This document shows, in pieces, positions 27,709-35,955 of a DNA stretch of 64,000 bases. The position numbers and the translations under genes were made by a program. Position 1 is the stretch's first letter. Each line of letters begins with the position of its first letter. Origin of the DNA: Bacteroidota bacterium (GTDB lineage: Bacteria > Bacteroidota > Ignavibacteria > UBA10030); NCBI GenBank assembly GCA_025454835.1, contig JALONQ010000004.1:111144-175143 (forward strand), read 5' to 3'. The notes beneath the pieces were generated by a model. The model did not search any database. It saw nothing but the letters and a program-made list of their open reading frames with translations, and was not told the DNA's origin.

Positions 27709-28524
27709 TTGATCTTGCTGCTCCGCACTTCCAAATTCCTCCTCCTCACCGGCCTCGGCCTGACCATGCTCCTTCCGTTTGTCTGGATGCTCAGCACGGC
27801 GCTGATGACCGATGCGGAGGTGTACCAGTTCCCGCCGCGGTTTCTGCCGGCCGAATGGCGCTGGTCCAACTTCGCCGAAGCGCTGACGATGCAGCCGTTC
27901 GGCCGGTTCTTCCTGAACTCTCTCGTTGTTTCGTTGGCCGCCACGGCAGGCCAGGTGCTCTTTTGTTCGATGGCGGCCTACGCGTTCGGTCGTCTGCGCT
28001 TTCCGTGGCGCGACCGGGTCTTTGCAATCTACCTGTCGACCATGATGGTCCCGGCGATCGTAACGATCATTCCGGCCTTCCTGATCATCAGTTCCTTCGG
28101 CTGGATGAACAGCTACCAGGCCCTCTTCAGCCCTTTGCTCTCATCGGTCTGGGGGATCTTCTTGCTCCGGCAGTTCTTCCTGACGATCCCGCGAGACCTC
28201 GAAGATGCGGCGCGCATGGATGGGGCCGGAGATCTGGCGGTGTTTTTCCGCGTGATCGTGCCCCTTTCCAGGCCGGCGCTGGCGACGCTGGCGATCTTTG
28301 CCTTCATGGGGTCGTGGAAGGACTTCCTCTGGCCGCTGCTTGTGACGAATCGGATCGACATGCGCACGGTGGAGGTCGGGATCGCCGGGTTCAACTCGAT
28401 GTACGCCACCGATTGGCCGCACCAGATGGCGGCAGCCGTCGTGGTGCTGATCCCCGTGGTGACCGTATTCTTGCTCGCGCAGAAGCATTTCGTGCGGGGG
28501 ATCACGATGACGGGACTCAAATAG
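27709..28524 (+). CDS. carbohydrate ABC transporter permease (MalG/UgpE-like)
   Basis: It has six TM helices and the EAA motif (DLEDAARMDGAGDLAVFFRVIVPL). Confidence 0.85.
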   Translation: MILLLRTSKFLLLTGLGLTMLLPFVWMLSTALMTDAEVYQFPPRFLPAEWRWSNFAEALTMQPFGRFFLNSLVVSLAATAGQVLFCSMAAYAFGRLRFPWRDRVFAIYLSTMMVPAIVTIIPAFLIISSFGWMNSYQALFSPLLSSVWGIFLLRQFFLTIPRDLEDAARMDGAGDLAVFFRVIVPLSRPALATLAIFAFMGSWKDFLWPLLVTNRIDMRTVEVGIAGFNSMYATDWPHQMAAAVVVLIPVVTVFLLAQKHFVRGITMTGLK

Positions 28525-28526
28525 TG

Positions 28527-28625
28527 AAGCGTTACACAGAGGAAAAGAGAAGTTCCACGAAGGAATATGTCTATTCCACTCTGTGGGTCTCTGTGACATC
28601 TCTGTGGAACTCTGTGTCACGTTTT
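28527..28625. repeat. palindromic repeat element, CACAGAG subfamily
   Basis: gaagcgttacacagaggaaaagagaagttccacgaaggaatatg...ctctgtgggtctctgtgacatctctgtggaactctgtgtcacg. Confidence 0.65.
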
Positions 28626-28652
28626 TCCCTTAGACCTCACGCCTGACTGAAT

Positions 28653-31205
28653 ATGACCTTGCGAACTCTTCTCCTGTCAGCAATTACCGCATCGCTGGCA
28701 ACCGCCCAGCCAAACCTTCCCTCTTTCAGGATCGAGCCGAACGATCTGCTCCTCTCGCGACCGGCGCAGGCGGGGACCTACTTCGACAAGGTCGGCCGGA
28801 AGTTCGCGGTCCTCGGCACCGAAAGCGGTACGTTCGAGGCATGGGCGTATCCGCTCAAGCTCGTCCGCAATGCCGAACTCAGCTTCTTTCTCGGCAGTTC
28901 CACCGAGCCGGTGCTGGCCAAGGACATTGTGCGGACGGTCGAAGTAACGCCCGAAGTGACGACGCTGACCTACACGTATCAGTCGTTCACGCTCCGCGTC
29001 CACTATCTGACGCCCATCGAGCAGCCGGGCGCGTATCTGCTGCTGGACCTCCGCTCGACCGAACCGCTGACGATCGTCTGCTCGTTCATTCCTGTGCTGC
29101 AGCCGATGTGGCCCGCCGGGCTCGGCGGTCAGTCGGCCAGATGGTTGGACGACCTGAAGGCCTACCAGATCAGCGAACCCACGAGGAAGAACACGGCTTA
29201 CATCGGGTCGCCGATGGGAAGCGGCATGTCGTATACGCCAGCCCACATGCTCTCCGACCGTCCGAGCCAGTTCAAGATCGTCATCGACAAGCCCGAGACC
29301 GTGCGCGGCAAGCTCATCCCGATCGTCGTCGCCGGCGGGCGCGGACCGCGAGATTCCATCCGGGCGACCTATCAGCGGCTGGTCTCGGAGCCCGAGCTTC
29401 ACTACCGCAACGCCGTGCAGCATTACCGGAACCTGCGAGCGTCCACGGTACGCATCGCCACGCCGAACCCGGAGATCAATCTGGCCTTCGAATGGGCGAA
29501 GGTCGCGTACGACAATCTGTTCGTCCGGAATCCTGACGTGGGGCTGGGCATGGTTGCCGGCCTCGGTCTGTCGGGCACGAGCGGACGGCCGGGCTTTGGT
29601 TGGTTCTTTGGCGGGGATGCGTACATCAACTCCTTCTCGCTCAACTCGTACGGCGCTTCGAACGCAGCCCGCGATGCGCTCCTGTTCACCCACCAATGGC
29701 AGCGCGAGGACGGTAAGATGGCGCACGAGCTGACGCAGGCCGCCGCCTACGTCGACTGGTGGAAGGACTATCCGTACGGCTACATCCACGGCGATACGTC
29801 CCCCTTCTATGTATGCGCGGTGTGGGACAACTTCCGACACACCGCCGACTCGGCGTTCGTTCGCGAACACTGGTCGGTCGTGCGGAAGGCCTATGATTGG
29901 TCGCTGGCCACGGACGAGGACGGCGACGGATTGATGGATAACAAGAAGGCGGGGCTGGGCGCCCTGGAGTACGGACCGCTCACCGAGATCCAATCGGACA
30001 TCTATACGGGCGCCGTGTGGGTTCGCGCGGCGGCCGTGATGCCGTCGCTGGCCCGCATCGTCGGCGACACGCTCTTCGCGCAATCGGCTGAGACGTACAG
30101 CGTCAAGGCTGCCAAAGCGTTCGACCGGAGGTTCTGGGACGAGCGGAATCAACAGTATGCCTACGCCTTCACGTCGCGCGGACAGCAGGTGGACATCGTA
30201 TCACCCTGGAATTCTGTCGGGCTGATGTGGGAACTCGGCGACCCGGCCCGCAGCGTCAAGTCGCTGTTGAAGCTCAATTCCGCGGAACTCTCGACCGACT
30301 GGGGGATCCGCAGCCTCTCGAACAAGAGCAAGTACTACGAGCCGCTCAACTACAACTACGGAGCGGTGTGGCCGTTCCTCTCGTCATGGGTGGCGACGGC
30401 ACAGTTCAAGCACCATCTGCTCCTGCAGGGGTACGCCACGCTCATGGCATCGGTGCGCCACACCTTCGACCACGGACTCGGCGTGATCACAGAGGTCTTC
30501 TCGGGCTCGCAGAACATCTGGCCGCAGGAGGCGGTGGCCCACCAGGGCTTCAGCTCGGCCAGCGTGGTGCTGCCGCTCATGCGGGGACTCGCTGGGCTCG
30601 AGGTCGACGCGCCGCGGCGGACCGTCCACTTCTCACCGCATCTCCCCGCCGACTGGGACCGGCTGACGCTGCAGAACATCAGCGTGGCGGGCAACACCGT
30701 CGCGCTGGAGTATTCACGGACACGGACAAAAGCGACGGTCAAGGTCCGGTCGATCGGCGCTCAGCCGGTGCAGGTGGTCTTCGCGCCGGCATTGGGCATC
30801 GGCACGGGCGTGGGCAAGGCGCGGGTCGACGGACGCGAGATCGCCTACCGGCTCATCGTGTCGTCGCAGACGGTCCAGCCGCTGATCGAGGTTCCCGCCG
30901 GAGCGGAAACGACCGTCGAAGTGGAACTCCTGCCGACGGTGGAGCTGCTGCCTCCGCCCGTCACTACCACGACGGGAGCGCCGAACCGCTCGCTCAAGAT
31001 CCTCGCGATCAACTTCAAGGACAAGCAGTTGAAGGTGAGCGTGGAAGGGCTTGCTCGGGAGACCTACGAGTTGACGATCACGAACGACGACCTGCTCCAA
31101 TCCGTGAGCGGCTGTAGGCGAGAGGGACGTAAGCTGTTCCTGATGATGCCCGAAGGACCGGCGGAGGAGTTCGTGCGGTCGGAGTTCATGTTGACAGTCC
31201 GGTGA
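28653..31205 (+). CDS. secreted six-hairpin glycosidase, amylo-alpha-1,6-glucosidase (GDE_C)-like
   Basis: It has a signal peptide (MTLRTLLLSAITASLATAQ). The catalytic core is (alpha/alpha)6-type (GFGWFFGGDAYINSF...LFTHQWQREDGKMAHE...DGDGLMDN...NYGAVWPFLSSW). The family was assigned by eye. Confidence 0.6.
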   Translation: MTLRTLLLSAITASLATAQPNLPSFRIEPNDLLLSRPAQAGTYFDKVGRKFAVLGTESGTFEAWAYPLKLVRNAELSFFLGSSTEPVLAKDIVRTVEVTPEVTTLTYTYQSFTLRVHYLTPIEQPGAYLLLDLRSTEPLTIVCSFIPVLQPMWPAGLGGQSARWLDDLKAYQISEPTRKNTAYIGSPMGSGMSYTPAHMLSDRPSQFKIVIDKPETVRGKLIPIVVAGGRGPRDSIRATYQRLVSEPELHYRNAVQHYRNLRASTVRIATPNPEINLAFEWAKVAYDNLFVRNPDVGLGMVAGLGLSGTSGRPGFGWFFGGDAYINSFSLNSYGASNAARDALLFTHQWQREDGKMAHELTQAAAYVDWWKDYPYGYIHGDTSPFYVCAVWDNFRHTADSAFVREHWSVVRKAYDWSLATDEDGDGLMDNKKAGLGALEYGPLTEIQSDIYTGAVWVRAAAVMPSLARIVGDTLFAQSAETYSVKAAKAFDRRFWDERNQQYAYAFTSRGQQVDIVSPWNSVGLMWELGDPARSVKSLLKLNSAELSTDWGIRSLSNKSKYYEPLNYNYGAVWPFLSSWVATAQFKHHLLLQGYATLMASVRHTFDHGLGVITEVFSGSQNIWPQEAVAHQGFSSASVVLPLMRGLAGLEVDAPRRTVHFSPHLPADWDRLTLQNISVAGNTVALEYSRTRTKATVKVRSIGAQPVQVVFAPALGIGTGVGKARVDGREIAYRLIVSSQTVQPLIEVPAGAETTVEVELLPTVELLPPPVTTTTGAPNRSLKILAINFKDKQLKVSVEGLARETYELTITNDDLLQSVSGCRREGRKLFLMMPEGPAEEFVRSEFMLTVR

Positions 31206-31286
31206 AAGCTGATGAGGTGAAGACGGGAGTGGTAAGAAATAGATTCTGAGTCAGAAGTAGTAGATACAGATCAAGTAAGGGGGGGT
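31206..31286 (+). promoter_or_regulatory. AT-rich leader carrying the conserved TCAAGTA-G6 motif upstream of four-helix-bundle gene 1
   Basis: ...gtcagaagtagtagatacagatcaagtaagggggggtATG. Paralogous leaders lie at 33972-34060 and 25850-25907. Confidence 0.4.
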
Positions 31287-31661
31287 ATGGACAAAGTATT
31301 CAAGGCGCGTTTGTATGCGTTCACGCTTCGGTTGATCTCGTACGTCCGATCGTTGCCTTCGGACTTCGTCAACCGCAGGATGGGAGATCAACTAATCAGG
31401 AGCGGCACGAGTATCATCGCCAACATGACAGAAGGCGGATCGGCCGCAAGCCGACGAGACTATGCCAACTATACCAATCACGCGCTCAAATCGGCCAACG
31501 AGACCCATCTCTGGCTGTCGCTCCTTCAAGATTCCGGGTTGAGAACAGCAGAGTCAGAGTGGTTGATGCGTGAAGTCACGGAGATCGCCCGCATCCTGGC
31601 GGCAACGCTGATCACACTTCGACGCTCCTTACGAAATCAGTCAACGAGGCCGCAACCCTGA
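31287..31661 (+). CDS. four-helix-bundle protein (TIGR02436 / '23S rRNA intervening-sequence protein' / Avd-like family), copy 1
   Basis: MDKVFKARLYAFTLRLISYVRSLPSDFVNRRMGDQLIRSGTSIIANMTEGGSAASRRDYANYTNHALKSANE. It is about 80% identical to the copy at 34061. Confidence 0.75.
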   Translation: MDKVFKARLYAFTLRLISYVRSLPSDFVNRRMGDQLIRSGTSIIANMTEGGSAASRRDYANYTNHALKSANETHLWLSLLQDSGLRTAESEWLMREVTEIARILAATLITLRRSLRNQSTRPQP

Positions 31662-31688
31662 AGCCGCTTTCTTTTTCACTTCAACTTC

Positions 31689-33971
31689 ATGCCTTCTAAC
31701 TTTTCTCCTCTCTCCCTCCTCACTCGTCCCGACAAGTGGTATCTCGGGGGCGGCAACCGCCTGCTCTACGCTCCCGCCTTCCCGCTCCACCGCTCCACGC
31801 CGGGATTGTGGGACACGGCTCACTATTACAACTATCCACTCCAACCGCTCTTCTCGTACGCCATTCTCGCCGATGACGGGCACGAGATCCCGCTTACGCA
31901 CGCTTCGTCTTCATGGCGGCCGGACGGCTGGACGCGCCGCTTTGTGGCCGCCGACAAGACGATCGAACTATCCGAGGTCAGTGTACTCCTGCCGCTCGAT
32001 GTCGTCGTCTCCCGACTCACGATCCGCAATCGCACGTCGCGAGGGCTTCGTCTGCGCGTGGTCGGCTTCACCGCCCGGGAGCATCGCCCCGGCGGGACGA
32101 CGTGGGTCACCGATGCGACAATGGACCGCGCGGCCGCGATCTGGATGCAACACGTGCACCCGGAGAAGCGCCCGGCGCTCGCGATCGGGTGCGCCTTCGG
32201 CTGCGACGGAAGCGGAGTCCGGATCGAAGGCGGGCTCAGCGAGGGGGTCGCGACCCTGCCGTTATGGAGCCACACGCCGTTCTCCGAATCCGTCCGGTCC
32301 CGACGGAAGCCCAGAGGCATTTCAATGGAAGGCGTCACGGCCGAGGGTCATCTCTGGATCTCTGCCGAGCGATCGATCACGCTGCGACCGAAGACCCGGG
32401 CTGTTGTCCACTTCGGCTTTGCCGCATCGTCGAGCGCTGATGAAGCGCGTCAGGCCCTACAGACGGCCATGAGCCGCAAAGATCCCATCGGGCTTTCGAC
32501 GGCGGCGTGGAAGGACCATTTCGCCTCGGTCCCGCAATTCCGGAGTTCCGACCCCTTCCTGACGGCGGCGTATTGGTACCGGTGGTACGGCCTCCGTCTC
32601 AACACCATCTACGGCGGCGAGGGGAACTACGAACATCCCGCGGTGTGCGAGGGGATCGGGTACTTCCGCGCCCCAATTTCCTACAGCGCGCCGTGTCACA
32701 TGCTCGAGAACCGGTGGATGCACGACCCGGACCTCGCTCGCGGCAGCCTGCGGACCTTCATCGCCAACCAGCGCGACGACGGCGGATTCCGCGGCTATAT
32801 CGATGTGAACCATTATCGGCAAGAGATGCATGGGGCGAGCGTGGTCGAGCCCTTCTATCATGCTGACTGGGGCAGAGCGGTGCTGGCACTCGATGCCGTA
32901 CATCCGTCGGACGAATTCCTGACCGAAGCGTATGACGGATTGAAGAAGTACGCGTCGTACTTCGACAAGGAACGGGACGAAGAGGTCAGCGGTCTCTACG
33001 ACATCGACAATCACTACGAGACCGGCCAGGAGTACATGCACCGTTACACAGCGGTGGACCCGAACGCCGACCGGGACAACTGGGGCGAGGTCTTTCGCCT
33101 CAAGGGCGTCGATGTGACAGTGTATCTCTACGAACTGAAGCGCGCCCTTGCGGCGATGGCGCGCCGGCTCGGGAAGGACGATGAGGCGGGGCTTTGGGAC
33201 ATGGAGTCGGACCGGACCCGCGAGGCGGTGCGCACGATCATGTGGGACCCGGTGCAAGAGATGTTCTTCGACGTCGACCCGAAGACCGGACGAAGGACCG
33301 GCGTGAAAGCCGCCACGTGCTTCTATCCGTACCTCACCGATATCGTCACCAGGGGACATCTCACCGGACTCAAGCGGCACCTGCTGTCGCCGAAGGAATT
33401 CTGGACCCCGTGGCCTGTTCCGTCCACGAGCGTCGACGACCCCACCTTCTCGGCCGAGCCGGTCTGGAAGGGAAAGCGGATGAACTGTCCGTGGAACGGG
33501 CGTGTGTGGCCGATGACGAACAGCCACATCATGGAAGCCCTCGCGGCTTCGGCCGGGCGTTTCAACGACCGGCGGCTCGAAAAGGCGGCCTCCGAATTCC
33601 TGTCGAAGTTCATCCGAATGCTCTTTTTCGACCAGGATCCAACGCGTCCGAACTGCTTCGAGCACTACCATCCGTTCACGGGTCAACCGAGCGCCTATCG
33701 CGGTGTGGACGACTACATGCACTCGTGGGTGAATGATCTGATCATTCATCACGTGATGGGCATCCGGGCCGAGCCGGGAGTGGTTCGCGTACGCCCTTTG
33801 TCGATGGGTCTCGCAGAGGCGCGGATCAGCGGGGTCATCATCCAAGGAAGTTCATTCGATGTGTCACTGCGAGACCGGCAGTTCACCGTGTGGCAGGACC
33901 GTCAGATCGTGGGCACGCAGCGGCTCGGGAAGACGATCGAGATACAACTCGAAAGGAGTCAAATATTCTAA
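31689..33971 (+). CDS. cytoplasmic six-hairpin glycosidase (GH63/GH37 'MGH1/trehalase-like' type)
   Basis: A large (alpha/alpha)6 catalytic region is present (YWYRWYGLRLNTIYGG...CEGIGYFRAPISYSAPCH...DDGGFRGYID...NCPWNGRVWPMTNSHIMEAL). There is no signal peptide. The GH family was assigned by eye. Confidence 0.6.
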   Translation: MPSNFSPLSLLTRPDKWYLGGGNRLLYAPAFPLHRSTPGLWDTAHYYNYPLQPLFSYAILADDGHEIPLTHASSSWRPDGWTRRFVAADKTIELSEVSVLLPLDVVVSRLTIRNRTSRGLRLRVVGFTAREHRPGGTTWVTDATMDRAAAIWMQHVHPEKRPALAIGCAFGCDGSGVRIEGGLSEGVATLPLWSHTPFSESVRSRRKPRGISMEGVTAEGHLWISAERSITLRPKTRAVVHFGFAASSSADEARQALQTAMSRKDPIGLSTAAWKDHFASVPQFRSSDPFLTAAYWYRWYGLRLNTIYGGEGNYEHPAVCEGIGYFRAPISYSAPCHMLENRWMHDPDLARGSLRTFIANQRDDGGFRGYIDVNHYRQEMHGASVVEPFYHADWGRAVLALDAVHPSDEFLTEAYDGLKKYASYFDKERDEEVSGLYDIDNHYETGQEYMHRYTAVDPNADRDNWGEVFRLKGVDVTVYLYELKRALAAMARRLGKDDEAGLWDMESDRTREAVRTIMWDPVQEMFFDVDPKTGRRTGVKAATCFYPYLTDIVTRGHLTGLKRHLLSPKEFWTPWPVPSTSVDDPTFSAEPVWKGKRMNCPWNGRVWPMTNSHIMEALAASAGRFNDRRLEKAASEFLSKFIRMLFFDQDPTRPNCFEHYHPFTGQPSAYRGVDDYMHSWVNDLIIHHVMGIRAEPGVVRVRPLSMGLAEARISGVIIQGSSFDVSLRDRQFTVWQDRQIVGTQRLGKTIEIQLERSQIF

Positions 33972-34060
33972 GTAAGAAGTGATAGATACAAATCATGTGG
34001 TGCAAGTAAGACATTCTAAGCAGGAAGTGGTAGATACAGAACATTTGAGGGGGGAACACC

Positions 34061-34438
34061 GTGGATAGGGTCTTTAGGGATCGCCTGTACAAATTCACGC
34101 TTCGTCTGATCGCATACATCGAACCTTTGCCGTCGGATGTCGTCAGCCGTCGAGTCGGAGATCAACTCATTCGCAGCGGAACGAGCGTCATCGCCAACAT
34201 GACCGAAGGCGGTTCGGCGGCAAGCCGACGAGACTACGCCAACTATACCAATCACGCGCTCAAGTCTGCCAACGAGAGCATCTTGTGGCTCTCGCTTCTA
34301 CGCGACTCCGGCCGAGGTGGTCCAGAGTCGGAGTGGTTGATGCAGGAAGCCACGGAGATCGGACGCATTCTCGCCGCCACGTTGATCACACTGCGCAAGA
34401 GCCCAAGAAGGCCGCCTCGGGAATCAGTCAACCCCTGA
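34061..34438 (+). CDS. four-helix-bundle protein (TIGR02436-like), copy 2
   Basis: MDRVFRDRLYKFTLRLIAYIEPLPSDVVSRRVGDQLIRSGTSVIANMTEGGSAASRRDYANYTNHALKSANE. The ORF track gives M, but the genomic codon is GTG. It is preceded by a duplicated leader (agaagtgRtagatacaRa x2, then G6). Confidence 0.75.
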   Translation: MDRVFRDRLYKFTLRLIAYIEPLPSDVVSRRVGDQLIRSGTSVIANMTEGGSAASRRDYANYTNHALKSANESILWLSLLRDSGRGGPESEWLMQEATEIGRILAATLITLRKSPRRPPRESVNP

Positions 34439-34477
34439 GCTTTATCTATGACTTTTTCTCTTTCACCTATCACTTAG

Positions 34478-35788
34478 ATGTCCTCTCCCGATCTCCGTCG
34501 CTCCCTCTCGCTCTTTGACCTTTCGCTCATTGCGATCGGCTCCTCGATCGGTTCAGGCATTTTTCTGACACCCGCGCTCATCGCGCAGTCGTTGGATGCG
34601 CCGATGTGGATCCTTGGAGTCTGGCTGCTGGGCGGCGTGATGGCGCTGTGCGGGGCGTTGACGTTCGCCGAACTCGGTGCGATGCTCCCGCGGGCCGGAG
34701 GGGTGTACGCGTTTCTGACGGAAGCGTACGGCGGCACGGTGGGATTCCTGTATGGCTGGGCGTACTTTCTCGTCGCCAACACCGGAGCGCTCGGTGCGCT
34801 GGCCATCGCCTTCTCAACCTACTTCGGCTACTTCGTCCCGCTCAGTGAGACTGGAACGCTGGCTGTGGCGATCGGCGGGATCATTCTCGTGACGATCATC
34901 AACGTCCTGGGGGTGAAGGCTGGGGGCATCTTCTCCGACGTCTTTACCCTGCTCAAGCTGGCGGGCATCGGCGTGTTGGTCGTGGCAGGGTTCGGCTGGG
35001 GCTCGGCGGCGACGACCGATCTCTTCACTTCGCTTTCCGTCGGCGAAGGGGGGCTGGCGTCTGCCATCACGCTGGCCGCCGTCAGTGTCCTCTGGTCGTA
35101 CGGAGGATGGCAACATGCCACGTTCACGGCCGCGGAGGCCAAGGACCCGCAGCGAACGGTGCCACGCGCTTTGATCATCGGCGCCTCTGTCGTGACGGCG
35201 GTGTATCTCATCACGAACCTCGCCTACCTCTTTCTCCTGACGCCCCAGCAGATGGCCGCATCGCCCCGCGTGGCTGCCGATGCTCTCGCTTCGGTCATGG
35301 GGCCGGTGGGCGGGTCGATCATCGCGCTCACCATCTTCATCTCCACGTTCGGCACGACGGGCATCTACACGCTGACGGCGCCGCGTATCTACTACGCCAT
35401 GGCAGCCGACGGCGTCTTCTTTCGCAAAGTGGCCGAGGTCCATCCCCGATTCCATACGCCGATCTATGCCATTCTCCTCCAGTCGGTCTGGGCGATCATC
35501 CTGCTCCTGTTCTGGGGAACGTACGAGAAGCTCATCTCGTACGTCGTATTCACCGACTGGATCTTCTTTGCGCTGGCCGCCGCGGCGGTCTTTGTCCTTC
35601 GGCGCACGCGTCCGACGGCAGACCGTCCGTACCGAACATTCGGTTATCCGTTCACGCCGGCCCTGTTCGTCCTGCTCGCGTCGCTGTTCGTTCTCTACAC
35701 GCTCGTCGAGAAGCCGCTCGAATCGGGCGTCGGGCTCGCTTTTCTGGCGCTCGGCATTCCCGTGTACCGGATGTGGAGGCGCGCCTGA
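34478..35788 (+). CDS. APC-family amino acid/polyamine permease
   Basis: It has twelve predicted TM helices and the AA_permease N-terminal signature (LSLFDLSLIAIGSSIGSGIFLTPALIA). Confidence 0.85.
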   Translation: MSSPDLRRSLSLFDLSLIAIGSSIGSGIFLTPALIAQSLDAPMWILGVWLLGGVMALCGALTFAELGAMLPRAGGVYAFLTEAYGGTVGFLYGWAYFLVANTGALGALAIAFSTYFGYFVPLSETGTLAVAIGGIILVTIINVLGVKAGGIFSDVFTLLKLAGIGVLVVAGFGWGSAATTDLFTSLSVGEGGLASAITLAAVSVLWSYGGWQHATFTAAEAKDPQRTVPRALIIGASVVTAVYLITNLAYLFLLTPQQMAASPRVAADALASVMGPVGGSIIALTIFISTFGTTGIYTLTAPRIYYAMAADGVFFRKVAEVHPRFHTPIYAILLQSVWAIILLLFWGTYEKLISYVVFTDWIFFALAAAAVFVLRRTRPTADRPYRTFGYPFTPALFVLLASLFVLYTLVEKPLESGVGLAFLALGIPVYRMWRRA

Positions 35789-35955
35789 ACAAAGCAAGAA
35801 CAGTGATCGACACAGAAGAAGGGATGATCAAGGATACAGACATGATGCTTCAATCTGTGACAATCCCATTGTTCGGTGCTATCAGTGTTCCCGCTTCTAG
35901 AAACTCAAGGAGATAGCAGTACATTGACTTTCGACAGGGACGACCTCTTTCATCC

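Noticed and set aside
27461-28625. CRISPR array interpretation of the CACAGAG repeats
   Set aside because: The units are palindromic with variable length and spacing and are not identical. They occur singly in gene leaders and there are no cas genes. They are better explained as MITE/REP-like elements.
31287-34438. Diversity-generating retroelement (Avd-like four-helix-bundle genes)
   Set aside because: No reverse transcriptase and no template/variable repeat pair are present in the window. The genes fit the IVS-type selfish small-gene pattern instead.
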